A stretch of DNA of 36,669 nucleotides, from positions 1 through 36,669 of the forward strand of contig JBDHHQ010000046.1 of assembly GCA_039589315.1 (NCBI GenBank), in the 5' to 3' direction. Below are positions 9,909 through 19,668 of the stretch, piece by piece. The position numbers and the translations under genes are program-made. This DNA comes from Gemmatimonadota bacterium (GTDB lineage Bacteria > Gemmatimonadota > Gemmatimonadetes > Longimicrobiales > Gaopeijiaceae). Position 1 is the first letter of the stretch, and every line of letters starts with the position of its first letter. The notes below the pieces were generated by a model. It saw only the letters and a list, made by a program, of their open reading frames with translations, was not told where the DNA came from and did not search any database.

Positions 9909-10742
9909 ATGGAACACGATCTCTTCCAGCTTCACGCCGATCTCGAAGAATCCCATTGGTGGTTCCTCGGCCGCCGGGACATCATGCATCGCGTGGTGCG
10001 CTGGGCCCTCCCGCCGTCGGCCGAGTCCCTGATCCTGGACGTGGGGTGCGGCACCGGCGCCAACATCGGGTCCCTGTCCACCGATTACAAGTGCGTCGGC
10101 GTAGACCCGTCGGCCGAGGGCATCCGCCTCGCTATGCAGCGCGTCACGGATGTGACCTTCGTCCGTGGTCAGGCGCCGGACGACGTCGAGCAACACGCCG
10201 CAAAGGCAGATCTGTTCATGCTGATGGACGTGCTCGAGCACGTGGCCGACGACTTTCGCTTGCTCTCGTCGCTGTTGGCCGTGGCGAAGCCGGGCGCGCT
10301 GGTGCTGATCACCGTTCCTGCCCACCCCTACCTGTGGAGTGAGCACGACGTACGACTGCACCACTACCGGCGTTACGAGCCCCCACGCCTCCGACGGGTA
10401 TGGGAAGGCCTTCCGGTGGAGGAGTTGCTCTTCTCCCACTTCAACACCCGACTGTATCCCATCGCTCGTGTCGTGCGGGCCGTCAGCCAGCTCCGTGGGC
10501 GTTCTGCTGGACTCCGCAACACCGATCTGACCATGCCGCCGGCTCCGGTCAACCGATTCCTCCGCCGCACCTTTGCAGGAGAAGCAGCGCGGCTGTTGGC
10601 GGTCGCGAACGGAGGGGCGCGACGACCCTATCCGACAGGGCTCTCGCTCATGGCCCTCCTGCGGCGGGGCGAGGGAACCGTCGAGCCCCGCTTCCGGCCC
10701 GCCGCTGTCCCCGCGGACCGGCACCGGCCACCATCGGCGTAG
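9909..10742 (+). CDS. Class I SAM-dependent methyltransferase
   Basis: EESHWWFLGRR, ILDVGCGTG, DVLEHV, ITVPA, WSEHDVRLHHYRRY; start ATG 9909. Confidence 0.9.
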   Translation: MEHDLFQLHADLEESHWWFLGRRDIMHRVVRWALPPSAESLILDVGCGTGANIGSLSTDYKCVGVDPSAEGIRLAMQRVTDVTFVRGQAPDDVEQHAAKADLFMLMDVLEHVADDFRLLSSLLAVAKPGALVLITVPAHPYLWSEHDVRLHHYRRYEPPRLRRVWEGLPVEELLFSHFNTRLYPIARVVRAVSQLRGRSAGLRNTDLTMPPAPVNRFLRRTFAGEAARLLAVANGGARRPYPTGLSLMALLRRGEGTVEPRFRPAAVPADRHRPPSA

Positions 10743-10745
10743 GGA

Positions 10746-12869
10746 TCAGCTCGTCAGATCCTCCCCCGCCGACCGACTCGGGGGTTGTCCCTGTCTGATC
10801 GGTAAGCCCCCGACCCACCTACGCCCCGCCGGCACAGCCACGAGCGCCAGTCCCAGCAACGTCAGCAGCAGCCCCGTCCACTCCACCCACGTGGATCGGA
10901 ACCGGAGGCGAACTTCTTCGGAGGTGGGCACCACCAACATCAGGTTCGGCGCGGCGCGGTAGGGACCCCTGGCTCCCTCGGCGTCCCAATTCGGGAAGTA
11001 CGACACCCTGATCAGATGAGGGAGGCCGACCGCCGAGGTGGTGAAGCGAACCTGCCGTGGCCCGACCTCGAAGCCGGTGACCGGGTTGGCAGGCCCCGGC
11101 GCCCCCGAGGTGGGTCCGGCCCCGAGCTCCCGTGCCGCGCTGTCTCCCAGCTCGAGGCCCGGGTCCCCAGCGACGACCCACCGGTCGAGCGCCTCGGCCT
11201 GCTCGAACCAGGCCCGGGCTGCGGCTCCGAGCTCGCTCGTGCTCACGACCCTCGGATCATGGCGGGCCACCTCGACGGTCTGCACGCCGGCGAGCTCGAA
11301 GATGGCGTAGCCGGCCCGGTCCACGCGCCGCTCCAGATCCGGGTGGCCGTCCGCCGCATCCCGGACCGCGTCGGTGAAGGCGATGAAGTAGCGCACGCCC
11401 AGCATGCGCATGTGCTCCACGCCCCTGGCGAAGTCGAAGGGGTATCGAGCGTCCAAGACCCGGAAGCGGAGGTACGGCTCCGGGCTGGTCTCGCGGAAGA
11501 CCATGGCGACGTACGGCTCCGTCAGCGACGACTCCCGGAGCAGTCCGGGCAGCGTGGGATGGTCCGGGTCCCAGTAGGGGAGAAGGTCCAGGGCGAACGA
11601 GCGGCCGAATCGCACGACCGTGCTGTCGGACTGCCAGTGCACCCGGCCGGGCGGCAGCAGGCGCACGTCTCCCAGTAGCTGTTGGAACTCGTCCGCCGCC
11701 GGGGCCGCAGGGTAGCCCTCCAGGACCTCCGTGGCGTACTCCCGCACCGTGCCCGGTCCGCGGAGGACGATGAGTGCTCCGATCAGGAGCACACTCACGC
11801 CGAACCCCGCCGCGTCGACGGGCGAACGATCCCGCAGGGTCCGCTCCAGCGACGACGCGACGAAGACCCCCGCCAGCACGTGGACGCCCACAAACCACAG
11901 GGGGAGCAGCCTGTCGCCCATCTGCAGCCCGGGAAGCCAGCTGAGCACCGGGCTCAGAGCCGTGAGCGCCAGGAGAGCGAGCCACGTCGCACCCCTCGGC
12001 ACCAGCCGCGCCGCACCACCCACGGCGAGCGGAAGCACGAACAGGATCTCGAGGGGGAAGACGGCGTTGGCTGCCAGCTCGAGATTCCACTCGGTGCGGG
12101 CCAGATAGCCCGATCGAGCCAGGAACGGGAAGGCCCACAACCCAGCCAGACAGAAGCCCAGGATCCAGGAGGTGAGCACGGTCCGACGGGCGCGCCGCCG
12201 GGACAGGGCGGCGCAACCCGCCACGACCGCACCGAAAGTCGGAATCACGTGAGACAGGGCCGTGAGCGCCAGTACGACCGATGCCGAGACCGGCCTGGGC
12301 GTTCCGTCACGGAGCGTCCGGGTCAAGATGCCGATGTACAGGACGCAGAAGAGCAAGGACCATGCATACGAGAACTCACCCAGCAGCGTCGAATAGAGGT
12401 TTCCGCCCAGGTGCCAGTGACTCTCCATGAGCAGGACGCACGACCCGACCAGAGTCGTGACCGCGGCCGAGAGCGAGGACAGCCCACCGGAGCGAGCGAG
12501 GAACCACACGGCCCAGGGAAAGCCGACTGCGCTGAGGACCGCCACGACCTTCAGCGCCACGGTGAGCGGAAGCGCGACCGAGAGGCTCGCGACCATGCCG
12601 GCGGGCAGCGGGAAGTAGAAGTAGTAGAGCGGGAATCCGCCGAACCAGCCGGGACTCCAACCCAACACCCTCCCCTCCGACAGCCAGTGCTCGACCCAGT
12701 AGGAGATGGCGTAGAGGTGGCCGCCGAGGTCGACGCCCGTGGGGACAGCGGGTGTGAGCACCCGGGTGGGGCCGACGAGGAGGAGCACGGCCAGGGACGC
12801 CAGGCCGGGTCCCAGGATCGCGTACCGGTATCGGTGGGCGCGGTCGCCCTCGACGGAAGTCGCGGTCAT
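10746..12869 (-). CDS. PTPS-related (PF10131-like) / GT-C-like membrane protein, paralog of 1-1608
   Basis: TGVDLGGH, GWSPGWFGGFPLYYFYFPL, GGNLYSTLLGEFSY, many TMs and a large C-terminal extracytoplasmic loop. Confidence 0.85.
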   Translation of the reverse strand: MTATSVEGDRAHRYRYAILGPGLASLAVLLLVGPTRVLTPAVPTGVDLGGHLYAISYWVEHWLSEGRVLGWSPGWFGGFPLYYFYFPLPAGMVASLSVALPLTVALKVVAVLSAVGFPWAVWFLARSGGLSSLSAAVTTLVGSCVLLMESHWHLGGNLYSTLLGEFSYAWSLLFCVLYIGILTRTLRDGTPRPVSASVVLALTALSHVIPTFGAVVAGCAALSRRRARRTVLTSWILGFCLAGLWAFPFLARSGYLARTEWNLELAANAVFPLEILFVLPLAVGGAARLVPRGATWLALLALTALSPVLSWLPGLQMGDRLLPLWFVGVHVLAGVFVASSLERTLRDRSPVDAAGFGVSVLLIGALIVLRGPGTVREYATEVLEGYPAAPAADEFQQLLGDVRLLPPGRVHWQSDSTVVRFGRSFALDLLPYWDPDHPTLPGLLRESSLTEPYVAMVFRETSPEPYLRFRVLDARYPFDFARGVEHMRMLGVRYFIAFTDAVRDAADGHPDLERRVDRAGYAIFELAGVQTVEVARHDPRVVSTSELGAAARAWFEQAEALDRWVVAGDPGLELGDSAARELGAGPTSGAPGPANPVTGFEVGPRQVRFTTSAVGLPHLIRVSYFPNWDAEGARGPYRAAPNLMLVVPTSEEVRLRFRSTWVEWTGLLLTLLGLALVAVPAGRRWVGGLPIRQGQPPSRSAGEDLTS

Positions 12870-12897
12870 CTCCGCCGGGGCACTGCGGGCACCCAGA

Positions 12898-13422
12898 TCA
12901 CTCCACCCAGGAGCCGTACTCGGCCCGGACGTCGGCCCGGGAGAGCCAGTAGAGCAGGAAGACGGGGAAAGCCAGGAGGATGCTCAGCGCCACGATTATG
13001 CCGAACGTGGCCGAGCCGTACCAGTAGACCGCAGATACGTCCGGGACTCCGCCCACATACCGCTGGACCCACAACAAGCCCACCCCCATCGCCGACACCG
13101 ACCAGACGATCGCGAGCCACGCCCACAGGCGACACCGGCCGACACCCGCCCTGTGATGACGGCGTAGCGCCAGGGAGCCGGAAAAGAGCAGCAGCGCGAG
13201 CGCCAGCTGGATCAGCGCGCTGACGAGCCGCCAGGCAGCGGGAGGTAAGGCCCGGACCACCAGGGCGGCGAGCTCCGCGCCGAGCACGCGGGCCCAGTCG
13301 TCTTCGGTCCAGCCCAGCAAGAGCAGGTCGTCCAGCTTGTCGAGAAACATCAAGGCCGCCAGAACGATGCCGACCGTGCTCACGACCGTCGGCCAGCGCG
13401 GAGCTTCACCGGACCCGCTCAT
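12898..13422 (-). CDS. Hypothetical membrane protein (about 4 TM)
   Basis: Hydrophobic ORF; its ATG overlaps the stop of the upstream gene (ATGA). Confidence 0.7.
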   Translation of the reverse strand: MSGSGEAPRWPTVVSTVGIVLAALMFLDKLDDLLLLGWTEDDWARVLGAELAALVVRALPPAAWRLVSALIQLALALLLFSGSLALRRHHRAGVGRCRLWAWLAIVWSVSAMGVGLLWVQRYVGGVPDVSAVYWYGSATFGIIVALSILLAFPVFLLYWLSRADVRAEYGSWVE

Positions 13423-14015
13423 GCGTACTGCTCGTCGTAGTCGCCCACGCCGGCCAGGACGGCCTGGCCCCGGGGCGAGAGCCGATAGCCTACCCGCAGG
13501 CTCTCCGTAAGACCGATCCCCTTGAGCTTGCGAACCCTGGCCTTGAAGTCGGCGCGTTCCATCACGAGGTCCCGGGCCAGGTCCGCAGCGCGCTCCCGGG
13601 GCCTATCGCGGAGCAGTGTCAGGACGCGACGGGTCCAGGGACCCGCGGCGGACCGCGCGTCGAGACGCCGGAGGCGCCGCAGAATCTCCTCGAGCTCCTG
13701 CCCCTCCGGAATCCGCTCGCGCAGCTCGACGCGCGGATCGGGCCCGGCCAGGGAGAGCCGAATGCGGTAGAGGTCACCGCCCACGCGCCCCGTCAGATGG
13801 GATCGCAGCGAAGCCACGTCCTCGAACCCCGCCGCGGCGGCGTCGGATTCAGTGATCCCCTCGAGGGGCACGATGTCCACAGCCTCCACCGCCAACTGGC
13901 CGATCGACGTGAGAAGCGTCCCGCCCGCTTTCACGGTTGGACGCCGCCACTGCCGAAAGGCCAGCGTGATCGAGCCGTCGACGATTCCCCTCAGTGTGTC
14001 CTGCTTGAGCAGCAT
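13419..14015 (-). CDS. ASCH/PUA-like domain plus C-terminal winged HTH protein
   Basis: GIVDGSITLAFRQWRRPTVKAG, ITESDAAAAGF, DPRVELR, FKARVRKLKGIGLTESLRVGYRLSPRG. Confidence 0.8.
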   Translation of the reverse strand: MLLKQDTLRGIVDGSITLAFRQWRRPTVKAGGTLLTSIGQLAVEAVDIVPLEGITESDAAAAGFEDVASLRSHLTGRVGGDLYRIRLSLAGPDPRVELRERIPEGQELEEILRRLRRLDARSAAGPWTRRVLTLLRDRPRERAADLARDLVMERADFKARVRKLKGIGLTESLRVGYRLSPRGQAVLAGVGDYDEQYA

Positions 14016-14110
14016 CTCATGGCTGATTGAACGGGAGACCGCACCGATTCATGCCTGGGTTCCTCCATCAGCATGCCTGCAGCGAGGCCGACGAGCAAGG
14101 TGCGCGCGAA

Positions 14111-14145
14111 GGCGCCGCGGGCCCCGTGGTGGAAGGCCCGGCGCC
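14111..14145 (-). terminator. GC-rich hairpin after the hydrolase gene
   Basis: GGCGCC(GC)GGGCC...GGCCCGGCGCC inverted repeat just downstream of stop 14169; U-tract is weak. Confidence 0.4.
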
Positions 14146-14168
14146 AAACCGGACCGCAGCTCCAGGAC

Positions 14169-15548
14169 TCAGCGAGACCCTTCGACGATCGTCGGCGAAG
14201 CACCGTACGCCCGGGCCAGCTCCAGGAATTCTCGTTGTGCCTCGACATCAGCGAACAGCGCACCTGACGTCGCCAGGTTCTGGCTGGTCACCGCGACCAC
14301 GAGGCTGGAGAATGCGGCCACCAGCTCCGGCAGCGTGAACCGGCAGTGGCCGTACTGCTGTGACGGGAGGACCGTGATGCGACTCCCGGATCCAGCCAGG
14401 ATCACCTTCTCTTCATAGAGAGCCTGGTGCCAGAAGGGCACGATCGGATCACGCGTCGTGTGCATCGCCACCAGTGGGACCCGGAGGCGGCCGCTCGTCT
14501 CATACCGGCTCTCGACGTTGGTCAGCGCGGTCGGGTCGGCCGTGAAGCGCTCGACCCCTTCGTTGAGCGCCTCGTCGTCGTCGGATCCGCTGTACGATCG
14601 GCCAGTATTCCCGAACGCGTTCCCGCCCAGCACGGCCGTGGCATCGTTCGTCCCGAAGAAGCTGTACCGGAGGACGTCGACGGCCGCGCTCGCCAACGAC
14701 TCGGAGTCGCCCTCGTCCAACGCGACACCGGTGACGCGGAACAGCTGGTCAGCAGCCTCGGGATCGGCCGCGAGGGCCGCCCGGCTCTCTCCCTGCAGCG
14801 CTTCCCAGCGCGCGTCGGTGATCGTCTCCACCGGGTCCGGCACGCCGACGGCGCTCCCCGGCATGACCCCGGGGAAGTAGTAGTCGAACACGACACGGAA
14901 GTCTCCCAGGTGTTCGAGCTGCCGGCGGAAGTCCCCCACGGGACCGCACAGGGCCATGCCGCCGTCGTAGGCCTCGACGCTGCGTCCCTCCTCCAGGGCC
15001 AGGGCGGTGGACAGACCTCCCTCCGATGCTCCCACGAGATAGCTCACGGCCGGAAGCCGAAGAACCCCGACGAGCCCGCCCACATTCTGGTGGGCGAACC
15101 TGGCGAGGTCCTCGAGGTCTTCGGCCGCTTCGGCCGCGACCAGTCCGTTCCTGCGGTAGCTCGTGGTCGCGTATCCGTAGTAGCCGGACACCCCATTCCC
15201 GATTCCCCTGGCGATGTCTCTGATCTCCCTCCCGCCGATCTCGTCACTGGGCAACGCCAGGGGCGTGCCGGGAGGCCGGTCAGGGCCCGGATTGGTGTAG
15301 CCGTGGGCCCAGGTGATCATCTCGCCATTCCAGAGCGAAGGCAGGCATACCTCGAGGAGGGCTCCATCGCTCGATGCCCCGGTGACGCAATCCTGGAGCG
15401 ACTGAGGGGGCTCCACCGGGAGCTGGGGAGCGGGCGGGGGCTCAGGCGGAGGTTCGGTCGTCGAGTCACCACAGCCGGCCACGCCCAGCCCCGTCGCCAA
15501 AGCCAGAGCCAGGAGGGCCGATGTGCGAATCCCATGCCGTCCGGTCAT
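14169..15548 (-). CDS. Lipoprotein alpha/beta hydrolase
   Basis: AGGAG RBS before ATG 15548, lipobox VAG-C, Pro-rich linker, HGY, GASEGG nucleophile elbow, RDPIVP, YGHC. Confidence 0.8.
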   Translation of the reverse strand: MTGRHGIRTSALLALALATGLGVAGCGDSTTEPPPEPPPAPQLPVEPPQSLQDCVTGASSDGALLEVCLPSLWNGEMITWAHGYTNPGPDRPPGTPLALPSDEIGGREIRDIARGIGNGVSGYYGYATTSYRRNGLVAAEAAEDLEDLARFAHQNVGGLVGVLRLPAVSYLVGASEGGLSTALALEEGRSVEAYDGGMALCGPVGDFRRQLEHLGDFRVVFDYYFPGVMPGSAVGVPDPVETITDARWEALQGESRAALAADPEAADQLFRVTGVALDEGDSESLASAAVDVLRYSFFGTNDATAVLGGNAFGNTGRSYSGSDDDEALNEGVERFTADPTALTNVESRYETSGRLRVPLVAMHTTRDPIVPFWHQALYEEKVILAGSGSRITVLPSQQYGHCRFTLPELVAAFSSLVVAVTSQNLATSGALFADVEAQREFLELARAYGASPTIVEGSR

Positions 15549-15750
15549 GCCACTCCTGTCCATGTAGAGGCCTCGTCGCTCGATCCCGCCGGGGCCGTCC
15601 CGGGAGAGATTCCGGTCGCCCTCCCGGGCGTCGTTGCCCTGTGCGCTCGAGTGCTGCGCCCGCTCGATACGATCGCGGGACCGGTACAAGATGGTCTGTC
15701 GGGAGTTGACCGGACATGGCCTGGGGGAGGTCCAGCCTTGCGGTCCCACC

Positions 15751-15796
15751 GTGCAACCATATACTACATTGTGAGCATCACATTGTGAGATTGCAC
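15751..15796. promoter_or_regulatory. Putative operator with direct repeats in an AT-rich divergent promoter region
   Basis: ACATTGTGAG at 15766 and 15780, bracketed by the inverted pair GTGCAA (15751) and TTGCAC (15791). Confidence 0.5.
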
Positions 15797-15918
15797 GAGT
15801 CGTCGGCTCGCGACGACTTCGCCGAGCAGGAACGCGGGAGCGGTAGGCCGGGACGGGGAACGAACACCGGGCTCTGTCCGCTCCGAGCGCCCGGCTGTGA
15901 CCGCACTGCGAGGAGGGG

Positions 15919-16698
15919 ATGATGGGGATGAGGATGACGTTGGCAGCTGCGCTGCTGCTGCTTGCCGGTGTGTGGCCGGCGTCGGCCCAGAGCGGCGACG
16001 AGCCGGTCGAGGTTCCGCTCACCGTCCACGCTGGCCGGTTGGTGGTCCCCGTGGCCGCGCCGGACGGCACCGAGCTGGCCTTCCTCCTGACCACCAGCAG
16101 TGGTGTGACCGTGTTCTCCGAGACGGGGGCGGCCCAGGCCGCGGGTCAGTCAGGACTCACCCTGGCAGGCCTCCCGGTTCCCACGGATGAGACGCACACG
16201 GTCCCCGATGACGACCTGACCATCGACGGCAAGCGCTTCGACGGCATGATCGGCCCGAACATGCTCAACCAGTTCGACGTGCTCATCGACGCCCCCGGGG
16301 AGCGGCTCGTGCTCAAGCCCGTCGGCCGATCCGTCGAGTGGGAGGGCGTGGCGCTGTCGGATCCGGTTCGCCTGCGCGTCTACCACGGCGTGATCCTGGG
16401 CCTCGACGTCGAGCTGAACGGCACCGAGTATCCGGCTGCGCTGGACCTGGCGACGCCGACATTGGTGGTCAACGAGGGCGTGCGGACGGACGCGGGCCTC
16501 CACGACGAAGACACGGCGACGCTCGGATTGGGAAGCGCGGCCCACCCGGATCTTCCGGTGCGCGTCCTCGACCTGGAGATCTTCCGCAGGTGGTCGCCGA
16601 ACGGCGAGGGTTTCGTGATGGTGGGGGCAGCTTTGGCGCGCGACTGTGCGATCTCCCTCAGTTGGGTCCACCGGGAAATGAGGACGTGCGTGCGATGA
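15919..16698 (+). CDS. Secreted two-domain retropepsin-like protein with degenerate catalytic motifs
   Basis: AGGAGG RBS, signal peptide ending ASA-Q, DGMIGPNMLNQFDVLID motif. The DTG positions read TTS and DLA. Confidence 0.7.
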   Translation: MMGMRMTLAAALLLLAGVWPASAQSGDEPVEVPLTVHAGRLVVPVAAPDGTELAFLLTTSSGVTVFSETGAAQAAGQSGLTLAGLPVPTDETHTVPDDDLTIDGKRFDGMIGPNMLNQFDVLIDAPGERLVLKPVGRSVEWEGVALSDPVRLRVYHGVILGLDVELNGTEYPAALDLATPTLVVNEGVRTDAGLHDEDTATLGLGSAAHPDLPVRVLDLEIFRRWSPNGEGFVMVGAALARDCAISLSWVHREMRTCVR

Positions 16699-17021
16699 GT
16701 CAGGACTACCTGGGCGAATTCGAGCAGATGGTGCTACTGTCGATCATGCGACTCGGCCAACAGGCGTACGGCCTCGCGATCAGGGACGAGCTGGAGAGCG
16801 TGGCAGGCAGGAGCCCGTCCAGCGGTGCGCTGTACACGACCCTGGACCGGATGGAGAAGAAGGGCCTGCTGGCCTCCTCCGCGGGTGAGATCACCCAGGA
16901 GCGAGGTGGGCGTCCGCGCCGCTATGTGCGGGTGACTTCCGAGGGCCGGGCGTTGCTGGCCCGTTCCCGGAGCACCCTCCTGGCTCTGTGGGACGGGCTG
17001 GAAGGGGCGCTGGACCGATGA
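16695..17021 (+). CDS. PadR family transcriptional regulator
   Basis: LGEFEQMVLL, AYGLAI, GALYTTLDRMEKKG, RGGRPRRYVRVT; ATGA overlaps at both ends. Confidence 0.9.
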   Translation: MSQDYLGEFEQMVLLSIMRLGQQAYGLAIRDELESVAGRSPSSGALYTTLDRMEKKGLLASSAGEITQERGGRPRRYVRVTSEGRALLARSRSTLLALWDGLEGALDR

Positions 17022-19621
17022 GCGGCTATCACCCACCCCGCTGGCTCGAACGGGTCCTGGAGTGGGCCCTCCCCGGCGGGCTTTCCGGACAGGGCGCACT
17101 CGGGGACCTGGCCGAGGAGTTCGAGCGGCGAGCGCTCGAGTCTCCGAACCGAGCCCGGATCTGGTACGCCGCTCAAACCGCCTCGGTGGTGGTGTATCGC
17201 GTCTTCACCGGGAGCGGCGCCGAAGGCTCGGCGACCAACTCCGACTTCCTGATGGACCTGCGCTGGTCCTTCCGTTCCATCCTGAAGCATCCGGGATTCG
17301 CTTTCGGCATCGTCGCCGTCCTCGGGTTGGGGCTCGGCGCCAACGCCGCGGTGTTCTCGGTCGTTGACGGGACGCTCCGGAACGCCAGCTGGTGGACCGT
17401 CCCGGACGCGACCGTGGCCGTCTGGCCCGGCCGGGAGTTCTCGTACGGCATGATCGAGCTTTACCGGGAAGAGCAGACCGCCTACGAGGCCGTAGGCGGC
17501 TACGTGGAGCTCGCCTTCGCCGTGCGAACGCCGGACGGCGAGAGCGAGAGCGTGAACGGGGTGCTCATCACGCCGGAGCTGTTCCGTGAGCTGGCGATTC
17601 AGCCGACCTTCGGCCGTGCCCTCGCCGACGACGACGCCCTCTTGAGCGTGGAGCGAGTCGTCGTGATCAGCGAGGCCCTTTGGCGGCGATCGTTCGGAGC
17701 GGATCCGGCGATCCTCGGGAGCCGGATCGATATCGGCGGCGCGCCCGTCACGGTGGTGGGGGTGCAGGGCCCCGGGGGGATGGCACCGGGCGGTCGGGCC
17801 GAGCTCTGGTTCCCCCTGGTCATGGATCCCCGGGACGACGACTACTGGAAGGCCCAGAGCCACACCATGATCGGCGTTCTCCGCGACGGCGCCCGAATGG
17901 ACGACGCGTCCAGAGAGCTCACGGCCTTCAACGAGAAGCTCTCGCGGCTGTTCCCCATGTTCTTTCCGCCGGGTTGGGCGGATGGCCTGGCGGGTATCGC
18001 CCGTGCCGACGAGACCCAACGCCGCCTGATCTCCACGCCGTTGCTGCTGCTGCTGGGCGGCACGGCGCTGCTCATGTTGGTGACCGCCCTGAACGTCGGG
18101 AACCTGTTGCTCGGCCGGGCCGTGAATCGGCGTAAGGAGCTGGCGGTGAGGGCTTCTCTGGGGGCCGCCCGAGGGAGGATCGTGCGACAGCTCCTCGTGG
18201 AGGGTTTCGTGCTGACCGTCCTGGCGCTCGGCCTCGGCCTCGCCAGCGGCGCCCTGGGCGGGAGCTGGATTGCCACCCTGTTCGTGGGCGAGGCCGTCGT
18301 CGCGAGCAGCTCGGTGCTCTCACCCTCGGTGCTCGCCTTCTCGCTGGCCTGTGCCGCCGTGGCCTGGCTGGTCCTGAACGGCGTCCCCATCGCCCACTTC
18401 CTTCGCACTCAGCGCTCCGGGCCGAGCCTCAAGCCGGATTCCGGCACGAGCATGCAGCGCACCCTGGTCGCGGTGCAGGCTGCGCTCGCCACCCTGCTCC
18501 TCGTTTCGGCGACGCTGCTCATCGCAACGGTGGACAACCTTCGGCAGGTGCCGCTGGGCTTCGACGCCAGCGGGCTGGTCACCGTGGAGCTGTCCCCGCC
18601 CGAGGACCGCGTCGAGTCGACTGCCGTGGCTCGCGAGCTGTACGGCCGCCTGGTGGAAGGGGTCGAAGGGCTGCCGGGTGTCGCGGCCGTGGGCCTCACG
18701 GGCTGGCTACCGTTGAGGACGCTGGCTCCACCGACGCCCATCAACCTCCAGGCGGCGCCGGTCGATCCGGCCCAGGCCGTCAAGGCGCCCATGCACATGG
18801 TCGACCCCGGGTTCTTCGCGACTCTCGAGGTCGAGCCGTCCGCCGGCCGGCTACTCGGGTCCGAGGACCGGGCCGAGGAGCCGAGCGCGGTGGTCGTCAA
18901 CGAGACCCTCGCCGAGATGCTCTGGCCCGAGGGCTCCGCCATCGGGCAGATGATCGCCATCGACCCGCACGCCTGGGACACGTGGGTCCCGGTCGTCGGT
19001 GTGGTGCCCGACGTGCGCTCGGGTGAGATCACGGGCCCGACCGGACCGGCTCTGTACGTGTCGCTGGCCGAGAGCCCTTCCCGCGACGTGACGCTCCTGG
19101 TCCGCACGGCCGGAGCCACGCCGGGGCTGATCCCCATGCTTCGCTCCGCGGTGCGGGACGTGGATCCCCTGGTGCCGATTCGAACGGTCACGGGCATGCG
19201 TGATGTCGTACGCGCGGCTTACGCCACGTCGTGGGTGATGATGGGTCTGTTGATCGTGCTCGCCGTGCTCGCTACCGGGCTGGGCACGATCGGCATCTAC
19301 GCCGTGCTCGCTCATCATGTCGCGCTCAAGAAGAAGGAGATCGGCGTGCGGCTGGCCCTCGGCGCCCAACCGGGCGTCGTGGCGGGAGCGGTGGTCCGCT
19401 CCGGGCTCATCCTGGCAGGTATCGGTATCGTCATCGGGAGTCTGGGCGCCGCCCTGTCGACCCGCTTCCTCGAGTCGTTGCTCTTCGAGGTGTCTCCCCT
19501 GGCGCCGTGGGCGTTCGTCGCTCCGGCGTTGGCGCTGGCCCTGGCCGCGGCAGTGGCAGCGTGGGTACCGGCCGCCCGTGCCGGGAGACTGCCACCGGCG
19601 GAGGTGCTGCGGAGCGAATAG
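17018..19621 (+). CDS. Duplicated MacB/FtsX ABC permease (ADOP-type)
   Basis: DLRWSFRS, LGLGANAAVFSVV, RRKELAVRASLGA, EIGVRLALGA, PAARA...EVLRSE. Confidence 0.92.
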   Translation: MSGYHPPRWLERVLEWALPGGLSGQGALGDLAEEFERRALESPNRARIWYAAQTASVVVYRVFTGSGAEGSATNSDFLMDLRWSFRSILKHPGFAFGIVAVLGLGLGANAAVFSVVDGTLRNASWWTVPDATVAVWPGREFSYGMIELYREEQTAYEAVGGYVELAFAVRTPDGESESVNGVLITPELFRELAIQPTFGRALADDDALLSVERVVVISEALWRRSFGADPAILGSRIDIGGAPVTVVGVQGPGGMAPGGRAELWFPLVMDPRDDDYWKAQSHTMIGVLRDGARMDDASRELTAFNEKLSRLFPMFFPPGWADGLAGIARADETQRRLISTPLLLLLGGTALLMLVTALNVGNLLLGRAVNRRKELAVRASLGAARGRIVRQLLVEGFVLTVLALGLGLASGALGGSWIATLFVGEAVVASSSVLSPSVLAFSLACAAVAWLVLNGVPIAHFLRTQRSGPSLKPDSGTSMQRTLVAVQAALATLLLVSATLLIATVDNLRQVPLGFDASGLVTVELSPPEDRVESTAVARELYGRLVEGVEGLPGVAAVGLTGWLPLRTLAPPTPINLQAAPVDPAQAVKAPMHMVDPGFFATLEVEPSAGRLLGSEDRAEEPSAVVVNETLAEMLWPEGSAIGQMIAIDPHAWDTWVPVVGVVPDVRSGEITGPTGPALYVSLAESPSRDVTLLVRTAGATPGLIPMLRSAVRDVDPLVPIRTVTGMRDVVRAAYATSWVMMGLLIVLAVLATGLGTIGIYAVLAHHVALKKKEIGVRLALGAQPGVVAGAVVRSGLILAGIGIVIGSLGAALSTRFLESLLFEVSPLAPWAFVAPALALALAAAVAAWVPAARAGRLPPAEVLRSE

Positions 19622-19668
19622 CCGGGGACACCGGCCAGAGCGCGTCTTGGGGCACTCGACAGCTCGGG

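Noticed and set aside
8068..13223. Long antisense or alternate-frame ORFs (e.g. 8068-9873, 11682-13223, N-part of 9066-10742)
   Set aside because: Shadow ORFs typical of high-GC DNA, overlapping well-supported genes and with Arg/Pro/Gly-biased composition.
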